From: Oscillospiraceae bacterium | Lineage (GTDB): Bacteria; Bacillota; Clostridia; Oscillospirales; CAG-382 | DNA length: 64,000 bases | NCBI GenBank assembly: GCA_015063885.1 | Contig: SVTH01000009.1 | Span: forward strand, 32,110 to 96,109 | Direction of reading: 5' to 3' | Part shown: piece after piece, positions 45,017 through 53,530 of the stretch | Layout of the letters: every line of letters starts with the position of its first letter | Numbering within the stretch: position 1 is the stretch's first letter | Notes under the pieces: model-generated | Databases searched by the model: none | The model's input: the letters and a program-made list of their open reading frames with translations, nothing else | Told to the model about the DNA's origin: nothing | Program-made: the position numbers and the translations under genes

Positions 45017-45727
45017 ATGACCTATCGCATCGCCCTTTGCGACGACGAGCCCGCACAGAGAGAATATCTGGAGAAAAAGCTTTCCCTGTTTGCCCAGGCG
45101 CGGCGGGTGCAGTTTGACTTCGCCCATTTTTCCTCGGCGGAGGCGTTTTTGTTCTGCTTCCGTGAGAACCGCAACATCGACTTGCTGTTTTTGGATATTG
45201 AGATGGCGGAGATGAACGGCATTGAGCTGGCCAAGGAGCTCCGCAAGGAGCAGGACGCTCTGCAGATCGTCTTCATCACAGGCTACCCCGATTACGTGGG
45301 GCAGGGCTACGACGTGGAGGCCTTACACTACCTCCTCAAGCCCGTGAGCACGGAAAAGCTGTTTGAGGTCTGCGACCGCTTTTTGAAGACGGCGGAGGAA
45401 CAGCCCCGCTTTTACCTGTTCCCCGCAGGGAAGGAAGTGGTGCGCCTTTACGAGAAGGAGATCCTTTACGGAGAATCGGAGGGGCATTACGTGATCTTAC
45501 ACACCAAGACGGAGGAGCTGAAGCTCCGCATGACCGTCCCCGAGCTGGAAAAGCGGCTGGGAGAAGGGTTTTTCCGCCCCTCCCGCTCCTTCGTGGTGAA
45601 CCTGCGGTACGTCACCCGCATCGCAAAAACGGAGATGCTTTTGGAAAACGGCGCGTCCGTCCCCTTGGGAAAGGGACTTTTCGACGAAGCCAATCGGGCG
45701 TTGATCGCCTTTTTAAGGGAGCTTTGA
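45017..45727 (+). CDS. two-component response regulator, receiver plus LytTR DNA-binding domain (module 1)
   Basis: MTYRIALCDDEP...FLDIEMAEMNGIELAKEL is the receiver with its phospho-acceptor Asp. The C-terminal part FFRPSRSFVVNLRYV is the LytTR domain. A GGAGG RBS precedes the start. Confidence 0.85.
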   Translation: MTYRIALCDDEPAQREYLEKKLSLFAQARRVQFDFAHFSSAEAFLFCFRENRNIDLLFLDIEMAEMNGIELAKELRKEQDALQIVFITGYPDYVGQGYDVEALHYLLKPVSTEKLFEVCDRFLKTAEEQPRFYLFPAGKEVVRLYEKEILYGESEGHYVILHTKTEELKLRMTVPELEKRLGEGFFRPSRSFVVNLRYVTRIAKTEMLLENGASVPLGKGLFDEANRALIAFLREL

Positions 45728-45728
45728 T

Positions 45729-46376
45729 ATGAGCAGACGGAGCGAAAAAAAGCTTGCCGCCTTTCAGAACGCCATTATGGAGCAGCATTACGCCGAGGTG
45801 GAGAACATCTACCGCAAGATGCGCACCTGGCGTCACGATTACCACAACCATATCCAGGTGCTGGCGGCCTATCTGGAGCAGGGAGACACGGAAAAGGCAC
45901 GGGAATTTCTGGGTGAGATCCAGGACACCCTCACCAAGGTGGACACGGTGCTGAAAACGGGGAACACCATGATCGACGCCATTTTGAACAGCAAGCTTTC
46001 CCTGATGCACGCAAGGGAGATCCGTGCTGACGCCACCGCAAAGGTGCCCGCCAAGCTGAGCGTGCGGGATATCGACCTGTGCGTCATCATCGGAAATTTG
46101 CTGGACAACGCCATGGAGGCCTGCGAGAAGCTTCCTGCGGGGAGCCGTTTTATCCGTATCTACATCAACGTGAAGGGAACGCATCTGTACATGTCCTTCA
46201 CCAACTCCGCAGGGAAAAAGCAGGAGAAGGTGGGAACGCTGTTCCGCTCCTCCAAGGGCGCCTTGGGCGGACTGGGGCTTTCACGGGTGGACAGCCTGGT
46301 GGCCGATTACGGCGGCTACGTCACCCGTGCTTCCGAGGACGGAGGCTTTACCACCGAGGTCATTTTACCCCTTTGA
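45729..46376 (+). CDS. soluble GHKL-type histidine kinase (AgrC/LytS-type catalytic core without membrane sensor, module 1)
   Basis: H-box RTWRHDYHNHIQVL, N-box IGNLLDNAMEA, G-box GGLGLSRV. No hydrophobic segment occurs in 215 aa. Confidence 0.75.
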   Translation: MSRRSEKKLAAFQNAIMEQHYAEVENIYRKMRTWRHDYHNHIQVLAAYLEQGDTEKAREFLGEIQDTLTKVDTVLKTGNTMIDAILNSKLSLMHAREIRADATAKVPAKLSVRDIDLCVIIGNLLDNAMEACEKLPAGSRFIRIYINVKGTHLYMSFTNSAGKKQEKVGTLFRSSKGALGGLGLSRVDSLVADYGGYVTRASEDGGFTTEVILPL

Positions 46377-46385
46377 ACTGAAATG

Positions 46386-46420
46386 CGCGGGATTTTTGTG
46401 CCAAAAATCCTGCGTTTTTT
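46386..46420 (+). terminator. terminator/attenuator between kinase and ABC genes (module 1)
   Basis: CGCGGGATTTTT-(5 nt)-AAAAATCCTGCG followed by TTTTTT. Confidence 0.65.
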
Positions 46421-46486
46421 GCCAAAACTCCCCGCCATGGGAGAAACTATGCTATGCTGAAGCCACTTCAAAAGGGAGGTGTCTGA

Positions 46487-48334
46487 ATGGCAAAAGACAA
46501 GAAACAAAAAGAACCCCGCCGCAAACCGAAATACGGGATGTGGACCTGTATCAAATGGCTTGCCTCCAAGCTGTGGGAATGGGACCGCGCCGCCGCCATC
46601 TGCTGTATCGCCGCCGTACCCTTGGCGCTGGTGCTCTACGGGCTGGGGCTGTACGTCCCCACCGCCACGCTGAACGTATTGGAAACGGCAGACGGATTCC
46701 CCACGGTGGCACTCACCGTGACCACCCTCCTGGTCACCCAGCTTTTCTTCCGCTTGCTGAAAACGGCGGCGGACGATCTGCGGGGGCTGGCCTACCACGA
46801 CGGTGCCATGCGGTTCTATTACGCCATCACCAAGAAGGGAGCATCCGACGATTTTTATTTGGATCTGGACAAGGAGTATCTCACCCGCAGACGCCGCGCC
46901 TTTGACGTGCTGCGGAACACTGCGGACGGCTCCCCCACCCATTACCTGCTGGACGGGGTCAACGCCCTGGTGAACGTGCTTTGCTTTGTGATGTTCGGCT
47001 CGGTGATCTCCCTGCTGCACCCTGCCATCCTGCTGCTGTTGGTGGCAGGCTCCCTGGTGACCCACTTTTTGCAAAAGCGGCAGCAGAACCGCAACCACGC
47101 CAAGGTGGATGAGCAGACGGCGGTGAACAAGAAGATCATGTATCTGGCATGGAACCTTTCCGCATATTCCGCCCCCGGGAAGGATATCCGCCTTTACGGC
47201 ATGACCCCCTTCTTCGAGTCCCGCGGGAAGAAGCTGATCAAGGAGCATATCCGCTTATTGAAATACCGCCAGAACAACCAATCGGTGGTCACCGTGGGAA
47301 CCCATTTGGTCACCGCCTTGCGGGACGGGGTGGCCTACGCCGTTTTGATCTACGCCGCCGTGGAGGGCAGGGTGACCCCCGGGGAGTTCGTTCTGTATTT
47401 CTCCGCCATCTCCCAGATGTCCGGCTTCATCGGCGGGATCATCGGGTATTTCGGCTCCTTCCACGAAATGAAGCTGAAGACCTCCGACTGTATCGAATAC
47501 TTAGAAGAGGATCACAACCGCCTGCGGAGAGAGGGCGGCATCCCCAAGCCCGAGGGGAGACCTCTTTCCGTGGAGTTCAGGAACGTGACCTTCAAATACC
47601 CCCAAGGGGACAAGAACGTGCTGGAAAACGTAAGCTTCAAGATGGAAGCGGGAGAAAAGATCTCCTTAGTGGGGCTCAACGGCGCAGGCAAAACCACCCT
47701 GACCTGGCTGATGTGCGGCCTGCTCCTCCCCGACGAGGGAGAGGTGCTGATCGACGGGCATTCGGTATACGAATACAACCGTGAGGATCTTTACAGCCTG
47801 TTCTCCCTTCTGCCCCAGCGGTATACCATCCTCCCCACCTCCATTGCGGAAAACGTGGCCATGACGGACAGGAAGGAGATCGACGACGCCCGTCTTTGGA
47901 GCGCCTTGGAGACCGCAGGCATTGGGGACAGGATCCGCCGTCTCCCCCAAGGGGTGGAAACGGGAATGAGCAAGGAGTTCGACGCCCAAGCGGTGAATCT
48001 TTCCGGGGGCGAGATGCAAAAGCTTCTGCTGGCAAGAGCCCTTTACCACCGTGCCCCCATCATGATCTTAGACGAGCCCACGGCGGCTCTGGATCCCATT
48101 GCGGAGCACGAGATGTATCTGAAATACAACGAGATTTCGGAGAATACCACCTCCGTGTTCATCTCCCACCGCTTGGCCTCCGCCCGCTTCTGCGACCGTA
48201 TCTACCTGCTGGACGGGGCAAAATTTGCGGAATGCGGCACCCACGAGGAGCTGATGGCCAAGGGCGGGAAGTACAAGGAGCTGTTTGACATTCAAAGCAA
48301 ATACTACAAGGAGGGTGCAAAAAATGACAACTGA
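46487..48334 (+). CDS. ABC exporter half-transporter (TMD-NBD), module 1 subunit A
   Basis: N-terminal TM domain. Walker A GLNGAGKTT, signature LSGGEMQKLLLARAL, Walker B IMILDEPTAALD. Confidence 0.85.
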   Translation: MAKDKKQKEPRRKPKYGMWTCIKWLASKLWEWDRAAAICCIAAVPLALVLYGLGLYVPTATLNVLETADGFPTVALTVTTLLVTQLFFRLLKTAADDLRGLAYHDGAMRFYYAITKKGASDDFYLDLDKEYLTRRRRAFDVLRNTADGSPTHYLLDGVNALVNVLCFVMFGSVISLLHPAILLLLVAGSLVTHFLQKRQQNRNHAKVDEQTAVNKKIMYLAWNLSAYSAPGKDIRLYGMTPFFESRGKKLIKEHIRLLKYRQNNQSVVTVGTHLVTALRDGVAYAVLIYAAVEGRVTPGEFVLYFSAISQMSGFIGGIIGYFGSFHEMKLKTSDCIEYLEEDHNRLRREGGIPKPEGRPLSVEFRNVTFKYPQGDKNVLENVSFKMEAGEKISLVGLNGAGKTTLTWLMCGLLLPDEGEVLIDGHSVYEYNREDLYSLFSLLPQRYTILPTSIAENVAMTDRKEIDDARLWSALETAGIGDRIRRLPQGVETGMSKEFDAQAVNLSGGEMQKLLLARALYHRAPIMILDEPTAALDPIAEHEMYLKYNEISENTTSVFISHRLASARFCDRIYLLDGAKFAECGTHEELMAKGGKYKELFDIQSKYYKEGAKNDN

Positions 48335-50168
48335 AAAAAGAACCCTCCGTGAGGATCTGAAGCTGATCCTCAGGGGCTACAAGCTGCTTTTTAACATCTG
48401 CCCCGCAGGCATGGTGTGGCGGACGGTGAACTGTATCACCCAGCAGATCTGGCCCTATTTCTCCCTGTATATGTCCGCCCTGATCATCAACGCCATGGCG
48501 GCGGGAGCGGAGCTGAAGGAATTGCTCCTGCTGGCGGCGGTCACCGTTTTCGGGATGCTGTTTTTGAACATTTCCATGCATCTTATCTCCCGCAAGGCGG
48601 AGGAGACGGAAAGCATCCAATGGAATCTCAACGAGCTGTATCTGCTGAAGGTGCAATGTAAAATGCAGTACAAGCATTTCGAGGACCCCAAGACCGCCCT
48701 TCTGCGGCAGACCATCCGCAACCATTCCAACTACGGCGGCCACGGGCTTCCCAAACTGTACTGGACGTATTGGGAACTGCTTTCCTCCGCGATCAATCTG
48801 ATCTTCTCCCTCTCCCTCACGGCCTCCATGTTCCGCATGGTGGACGGTGCGGGACTGACGGGCTTCCCCGCCTTTGCCAATTCCCCCTGGTCGGGGCTGT
48901 TGATCCTGGGCGTGATTCTGGGGAACGTGCTGTTCCAGCTTTGGCGGATCAAGAAATTCGATCTGAAGACCACCGAGGAATGGGGAGATTTCAACACCCG
49001 CTTTGCCCACAGCAACGCCTTTATGCACGGGGAAAAGCCGGACGTAAAGGTCTTCGGCGCGGTGGGATTCACCCTGTCCCGCAGCGAAAAGGTTCTGGCG
49101 GATCGGGGCTATATCCGCAAGCTGTTCAAGATCGGAACTACGGGGAATCTTCTTTTCCATTCCGTGGCGGCGGTGATGAATCTGTGCCTTGCCCTGTACG
49201 TGGGGGCGAAGGCCTTCATCGGCGTCTTCGGTATCGGTGATTTCGTGCTGTATCTGGGCACGGTGGAAAAGTTTGTGGGTGCCGTCTCCGGTCTCGGAAC
49301 TGCGTGGGGGATCCTGCGGATCAACAACGAATACTTGGAGGAGCTGTTCGGCTATATCGACCTTCCCGACGATATGTACAAGGGTACCCTTTCCGTGGAA
49401 AAGCGGGACGACAACCGCTTTGAGATCGAGTTCCGTGACGTGTCCTTCAAATACCCCGGGGCAGAGGAATACGCCTTGCGGCATATCAATTTCAAGTTCC
49501 GTTTGGGAGAACGCCTGGCCTTCGTGGGGATGAACGGCTCGGGAAAGACCACCTTCATCAAGCTTCTCTGCCGTCTCTACGATCCCACGGAGGGGACGAT
49601 CCTCTTAAACGGCATTGACATTTCCCGCTACGATTACGACCAGTATTTGTCCCTGTTCTCCGTGGTGTTCCAGGATTTCCACCTGTTTGCCTTCTCCTTG
49701 GGAGAAAACGTGGCGGCAAGTGAGGATTACGACCCCGCACGGGTGAGGGAGGCCTTGGAAAAAGCAGGCTTCGGCAGCCGTCTTGAGGAGCTGGAAAAGG
49801 GAACGGAGACCTACCTCGGCCGCGGCTACGACGAATCGGGCATAGACGTTTCCGGCGGGGAGGCCCAGAAGATCGCTCTGGCAAGAGCTCTTTACAAGGA
49901 CGCTCCCTTCTTCATCTTAGACGAGCCCACGGCGGCGCTGGATCCCATCGCCGAGGCGGAGGTTTACAACCGCTTCGACACCGTTGCGGGGGACAAAACG
50001 GCGGTGTTTATCTCCCACCGTCTTTCCTCCTGTAAGTTCTGCCACAACATCGCCGTGTTCCATGAGGGCGAGATGATCCAGTACGGCAGTCACGACGACC
50101 TGGTGGCCGACGAAAACGGGCAGTATCACAAGCTCTGGCACGCCCAGGCGCAGTACTATACGGAGTAA
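48324..50168 (+). CDS. ABC exporter half-transporter (TMD-NBD), module 1 subunit B
   Basis: The start MTTEKRTL at 48324 overlaps the upstream gene by 11 nt. Walker A GMNGSGKTT, signature VSGGEAQKIALARAL, Walker B FFILDEPTAALD. Confidence 0.85.
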   Translation: MTTEKRTLREDLKLILRGYKLLFNICPAGMVWRTVNCITQQIWPYFSLYMSALIINAMAAGAELKELLLLAAVTVFGMLFLNISMHLISRKAEETESIQWNLNELYLLKVQCKMQYKHFEDPKTALLRQTIRNHSNYGGHGLPKLYWTYWELLSSAINLIFSLSLTASMFRMVDGAGLTGFPAFANSPWSGLLILGVILGNVLFQLWRIKKFDLKTTEEWGDFNTRFAHSNAFMHGEKPDVKVFGAVGFTLSRSEKVLADRGYIRKLFKIGTTGNLLFHSVAAVMNLCLALYVGAKAFIGVFGIGDFVLYLGTVEKFVGAVSGLGTAWGILRINNEYLEELFGYIDLPDDMYKGTLSVEKRDDNRFEIEFRDVSFKYPGAEEYALRHINFKFRLGERLAFVGMNGSGKTTFIKLLCRLYDPTEGTILLNGIDISRYDYDQYLSLFSVVFQDFHLFAFSLGENVAASEDYDPARVREALEKAGFGSRLEELEKGTETYLGRGYDESGIDVSGGEAQKIALARALYKDAPFFILDEPTAALDPIAEAEVYNRFDTVAGDKTAVFISHRLSSCKFCHNIAVFHEGEMIQYGSHDDLVADENGQYHKLWHAQAQYYTE

Positions 50169-50174
50169 GAACCC

Positions 50175-50207
50175 AAGCCTTCCCATCGGGGAGGGCTTGT
50201 TTTTTTG
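50175..50207 (+). terminator. rho-independent terminator of module 1, overlapping module 2 promoter
   Basis: AGCCTTCCC-(4 nt)-GGGAGGGCT hairpin followed by TGTTTTTTT. The module-2 -10 box TATACT lies at 50220-50225. Confidence 0.7.
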
Positions 50208-50254
50208 AAAAAGGTGTGCTATACTACCTCCGAAAAGAACCACGGAGGCAGACC

Positions 50255-50944
50255 ATGACCTATCGCATCGCCCTTTGCGACGACGAGCCCGCACAGAGAG
50301 AATATCTGACAAACCTGGTCCGCACCTGGGCGGCGGAAGCGGAGGTCTGCGCCGAGATCACGGCCTTTTCCTCCGGGGAAGCCCTGCTCTTCGGGAAGGA
50401 CGGGCAGGATATCTTCCTTTTGGATATCGAAATGCCCGGAATGGACGGCATCGCCCTGGCGGAAGCGCTAAGGAAGACCCGTCCTTACTCCCCCATCGTA
50501 TTCATCACGGGGTACGACCGCTACCTTGCCAAGGGGTACGATGTGGCGGCTTTGCATTACCTGCTCAAGCCCGTGGTGCGGGAGAAGCTGTTTTCCGTGC
50601 TGTCCCGTGCCGTGGAGCAATTGGGGCAAAGCGAAAGAATGCTCACCCTGGAAGCGGGGGGAGAGATTGTCCGCCTTCCTCTGCGGGAGATCGCCTGGGT
50701 GGAGGTGCAGGGCAACTACGTCACCTTCCACGGCAAGGAGACCCATAAAGCCAAAATGACCCTGGCCGAGGCGGAGGCCCGCCTGGACAGCCGTTTCTGC
50801 CGTACGGGGCGCTCCTTCTTAGTGAACCTGCACCACGTGCGGAAGGTAGCCAAAACGGAGGTGTGCCTGGCAAGCGGCGAGAAGGTGCCCCTCTCCCGGG
50901 GGATGTACGAAGCCGTCAACCGCGCCCTGATCAGCAACGTATAA
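50255..50944 (+). CDS. two-component response regulator, receiver plus LytTR domain (module 2)
   Basis: Its first 18 codons and 5' UTR are identical to module 1. The receiver Asp box is FLLDIEMPGMDG and the LytTR box is FCRTGRSFLVNLHHV. Confidence 0.85.
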   Translation: MTYRIALCDDEPAQREYLTNLVRTWAAEAEVCAEITAFSSGEALLFGKDGQDIFLLDIEMPGMDGIALAEALRKTRPYSPIVFITGYDRYLAKGYDVAALHYLLKPVVREKLFSVLSRAVEQLGQSERMLTLEAGGEIVRLPLREIAWVEVQGNYVTFHGKETHKAKMTLAEAEARLDSRFCRTGRSFLVNLHHVRKVAKTEVCLASGEKVPLSRGMYEAVNRALISNV

Positions 50945-50957
50945 AGGAGTGACCGCC

Positions 50958-51614
50958 GTGAGACTGGGAAAGAAAGCCGAAAAACGACTTGCCCTCTACC
51001 AAAGAGAGCTTTTGGACACCCATTACGCCGAGGTGGAGAATATGTACCGCCAGATCCGAGGCTGGCGCCACGACTACCGCAACCATATCCAGACCATGAA
51101 GGCCCACGCCGCAAAAGGGGATCTGCAGGCCATCTCGGAGTACCTGGATCTCCTGGACACCGATCTGAACACCGTGGACACGGTGATCAAGACGGGCAAC
51201 CCCATGACGGACGCCATTCTCAACAGCAAGATCTCTTTGGCAAAAAGCAAGGGCATCCCCGTGAAAGCGGACGCCCACATCCCCGTGGCGCTGAAGATCT
51301 CGGAGCTGGATCTCTGCGTCATCATCGGCAATCTGTTTGACAACGCCATCGAGGCCAGCCTTGCTCTGCCTCCCGAACGGCGGATGATCCGGGTTTACAT
51401 GGACATGAAGGGCACCCAGCTTTACATCTCCTTCACCAACTTCACCGCAGGGAAAAAGCTTTCCAAGGTGGGCAATCTGTTCCGCTCCTCCAAGGGAGAG
51501 GGCCACGGCTTCGGGCTGGTGCGCATCGACGGCATCGTGGAGCGCATGGAGGGCTACATCAGCCGTAACAGCGAGGACGGCGCCTTCACCACCGAGATCC
51601 TGCTCCCCCAATAA
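50958..51614 (+). CDS. soluble GHKL-type histidine kinase (module 2)
   Basis: H-box RGWRHDYRNHIQTM, N-box IGNLFDNAIEA, G-box GHGFGLVRI, and no TM segment. GTG at 50958 (8 nt after AAGGAG) is preferred. The in-frame GTG at 50949 is also possible. Confidence 0.75.
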   Translation: MRLGKKAEKRLALYQRELLDTHYAEVENMYRQIRGWRHDYRNHIQTMKAHAAKGDLQAISEYLDLLDTDLNTVDTVIKTGNPMTDAILNSKISLAKSKGIPVKADAHIPVALKISELDLCVIIGNLFDNAIEASLALPPERRMIRVYMDMKGTQLYISFTNFTAGKKLSKVGNLFRSSKGEGHGFGLVRIDGIVERMEGYISRNSEDGAFTTEILLPQ

Positions 51615-51627
51615 CCGTTCATCCCCC

Positions 51628-51671
51628 GATCCGTGCAATTCGTCCCCGAAATACGCACGGATCTGTTTTTT
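51628..51671 (+). terminator. terminator/attenuator between kinase and ABC genes (module 2)
   Basis: 9-bp stem GATCCGTGC/GCACGGATC with an 18-nt loop, followed by TGTTTTTT. Confidence 0.65.
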
Positions 51672-51691
51672 GTGGTAAGGTAGCTTACGAG

Positions 51692-53530
51692 GTGATAAGA
51701 ATGAAAACAAAAAAGGAAAAGCCAAAATACAACGCTTTTCAAGACTCGATTTACATGGTAAAGCTTGCGTGGAAACACGAAAAGGCAATATTGTTCCACT
51801 TGCTTTTGTTCGTTGCCACGTTTGTCGCGCTCCAGCTGATTGATCTGTACCTTGCGCCGTCGGTCATTTCGGCAGTGGAAAACAAGGTGTCGTTGTCGTC
51901 GCTTGTCCTTACGATAGCGGCGTTCGTCGGCTCGTCGCTGGTGCTGGAAGCAATAAACGCGTATTTCTACGGTTTTCATCAGTATCCGCGCATAACGCTT
52001 CGATTGACGATGTCGGGGATGCGCAACGGGAAGGCTTGCGACACCTCCTATGTCAACCGACTCAAAAAATCGTTTTCTGATATGATGCACAAAGCCAGCT
52101 GGTCCCTTGGCAGCAATAGCTCGGCGGCAGAGGCGATCTGGGGTACGCTCAACGGGCTGTTGCAGCAATTTTTCGGACTCGTATCCATGTATGCCATCCT
52201 TCTGATGATCGATTACCGGCTGATGCTTATCATCATCGTTACAGCGCTTATAAGCTTTGGCGTTGACAAATGGGTGTATGGCTACGAGGACCGTCACCGC
52301 GACGAGTTCTCGTCACTGAACCAAAAACTCGGTCATGTCGGTTGGATCGAAAGAAACCACTATATTGCGAAGGACGTCCGCATTTTCGGACTGGCGGGGT
52401 GGCTCGAAGAGCTTTACTACAAAGCGTTCGCGGCTGTTTTTGCGCTTCGCAGAAGACAAAACCTGGTTTTGTTCCTGTCAGATCTCACAAGCCTCGTACT
52501 GACGTTCCTGCGTAACGGCATAGCGTATGCGTTTTTGATCAATCTGGTTCTTAACGACGGTTTGTCCGCTTCAATGTTCCTTCTGTACTTTAATGCGGTG
52601 GGAAAATCCGCCGCCTGGGCACGGAATATTCTCAGCTCGTTCAACCAGCTCGGTATGCACAGCAGAAACCTTTCGGTATATCGCGAGTACCTCGAATTTG
52701 ACGAGCCGTTTAAATTCGAGGACGGCAAACCGCTTCCCGTGGGGAAAGAACACACCATCACGTTGGAAAACGTGTCGTTCACGTATCCCGAGAGCGAAAA
52801 CGCCGTTTTGAAGGATATCAACCTCACACTTCGCACAGGCGACAAGATTGCCGTCGTCGGCTTGAACGGCGCGGGAAAAACCACACTCATAAAAATAATT
52901 TGCGGATTGCTTGACCCCACAAGCGGACGTGTGCTCATCGACGGAGTTGATGTCCGCGAATACAACAGACGGGATTATTACAAATTTTTCTCTGCGGTAT
53001 TCCAAAATTTCACTATGCTGCCGCAGACCGTTGCCGAAAACGTAGCCCAAAGCCTGGACGGGATCGATATGGCTCGCGTTAAGGATTGCATTGAGAAAGC
53101 AGGGCTGACAAAGAAGATCGAATCTCTGCCCGACGGCTATAACACGTATCTCAACCGCGAGATCTACGAAAACGCAGCGGAGTTTTCCGGCGGCGAGACG
53201 CAAAGGCTGATGCTGGCACGAGCGCTGTATAAGGATGCACCGTTCCTCCTGCTTGACGAGCCCACAGCCGCACTTGACCCGATCGCAGAAAGCGAGGTCT
53301 ATGAAAAATATAATTCTATGACCGAATCAAAAGGCTCCATATTCATTTCGCACCGACTGGCATCCACTCGTTTTTGCGACGTGGTTCTATTGCTGGAAAA
53401 TAACGTCATCCGCGAGCATGGCACTCACGACGAGTTAATGGCGAAAAAAGGCAGATACTACGAGCTGTTCTCGGTGCAAAGCAGATATTATAGCGAAGGG
53501 AGTGTAAACGATGAAGCAGAAGAAAACTAA
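51692..53530 (+). CDS. ABC exporter half-transporter (TMD-NBD), module 2 subunit A, low-GC
   Basis: Walker A GLNGAGKTT, signature FSGGETQRLMLARAL, Walker B FLLLDEPTAALD. It is visibly more AT-rich than the flanks. Confidence 0.85.
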   Translation: MIRMKTKKEKPKYNAFQDSIYMVKLAWKHEKAILFHLLLFVATFVALQLIDLYLAPSVISAVENKVSLSSLVLTIAAFVGSSLVLEAINAYFYGFHQYPRITLRLTMSGMRNGKACDTSYVNRLKKSFSDMMHKASWSLGSNSSAAEAIWGTLNGLLQQFFGLVSMYAILLMIDYRLMLIIIVTALISFGVDKWVYGYEDRHRDEFSSLNQKLGHVGWIERNHYIAKDVRIFGLAGWLEELYYKAFAAVFALRRRQNLVLFLSDLTSLVLTFLRNGIAYAFLINLVLNDGLSASMFLLYFNAVGKSAAWARNILSSFNQLGMHSRNLSVYREYLEFDEPFKFEDGKPLPVGKEHTITLENVSFTYPESENAVLKDINLTLRTGDKIAVVGLNGAGKTTLIKIICGLLDPTSGRVLIDGVDVREYNRRDYYKFFSAVFQNFTMLPQTVAENVAQSLDGIDMARVKDCIEKAGLTKKIESLPDGYNTYLNREIYENAAEFSGGETQRLMLARALYKDAPFLLLDEPTAALDPIAESEVYEKYNSMTESKGSIFISHRLASTRFCDVVLLLENNVIREHGTHDELMAKKGRYYELFSVQSRYYSEGSVNDEAEEN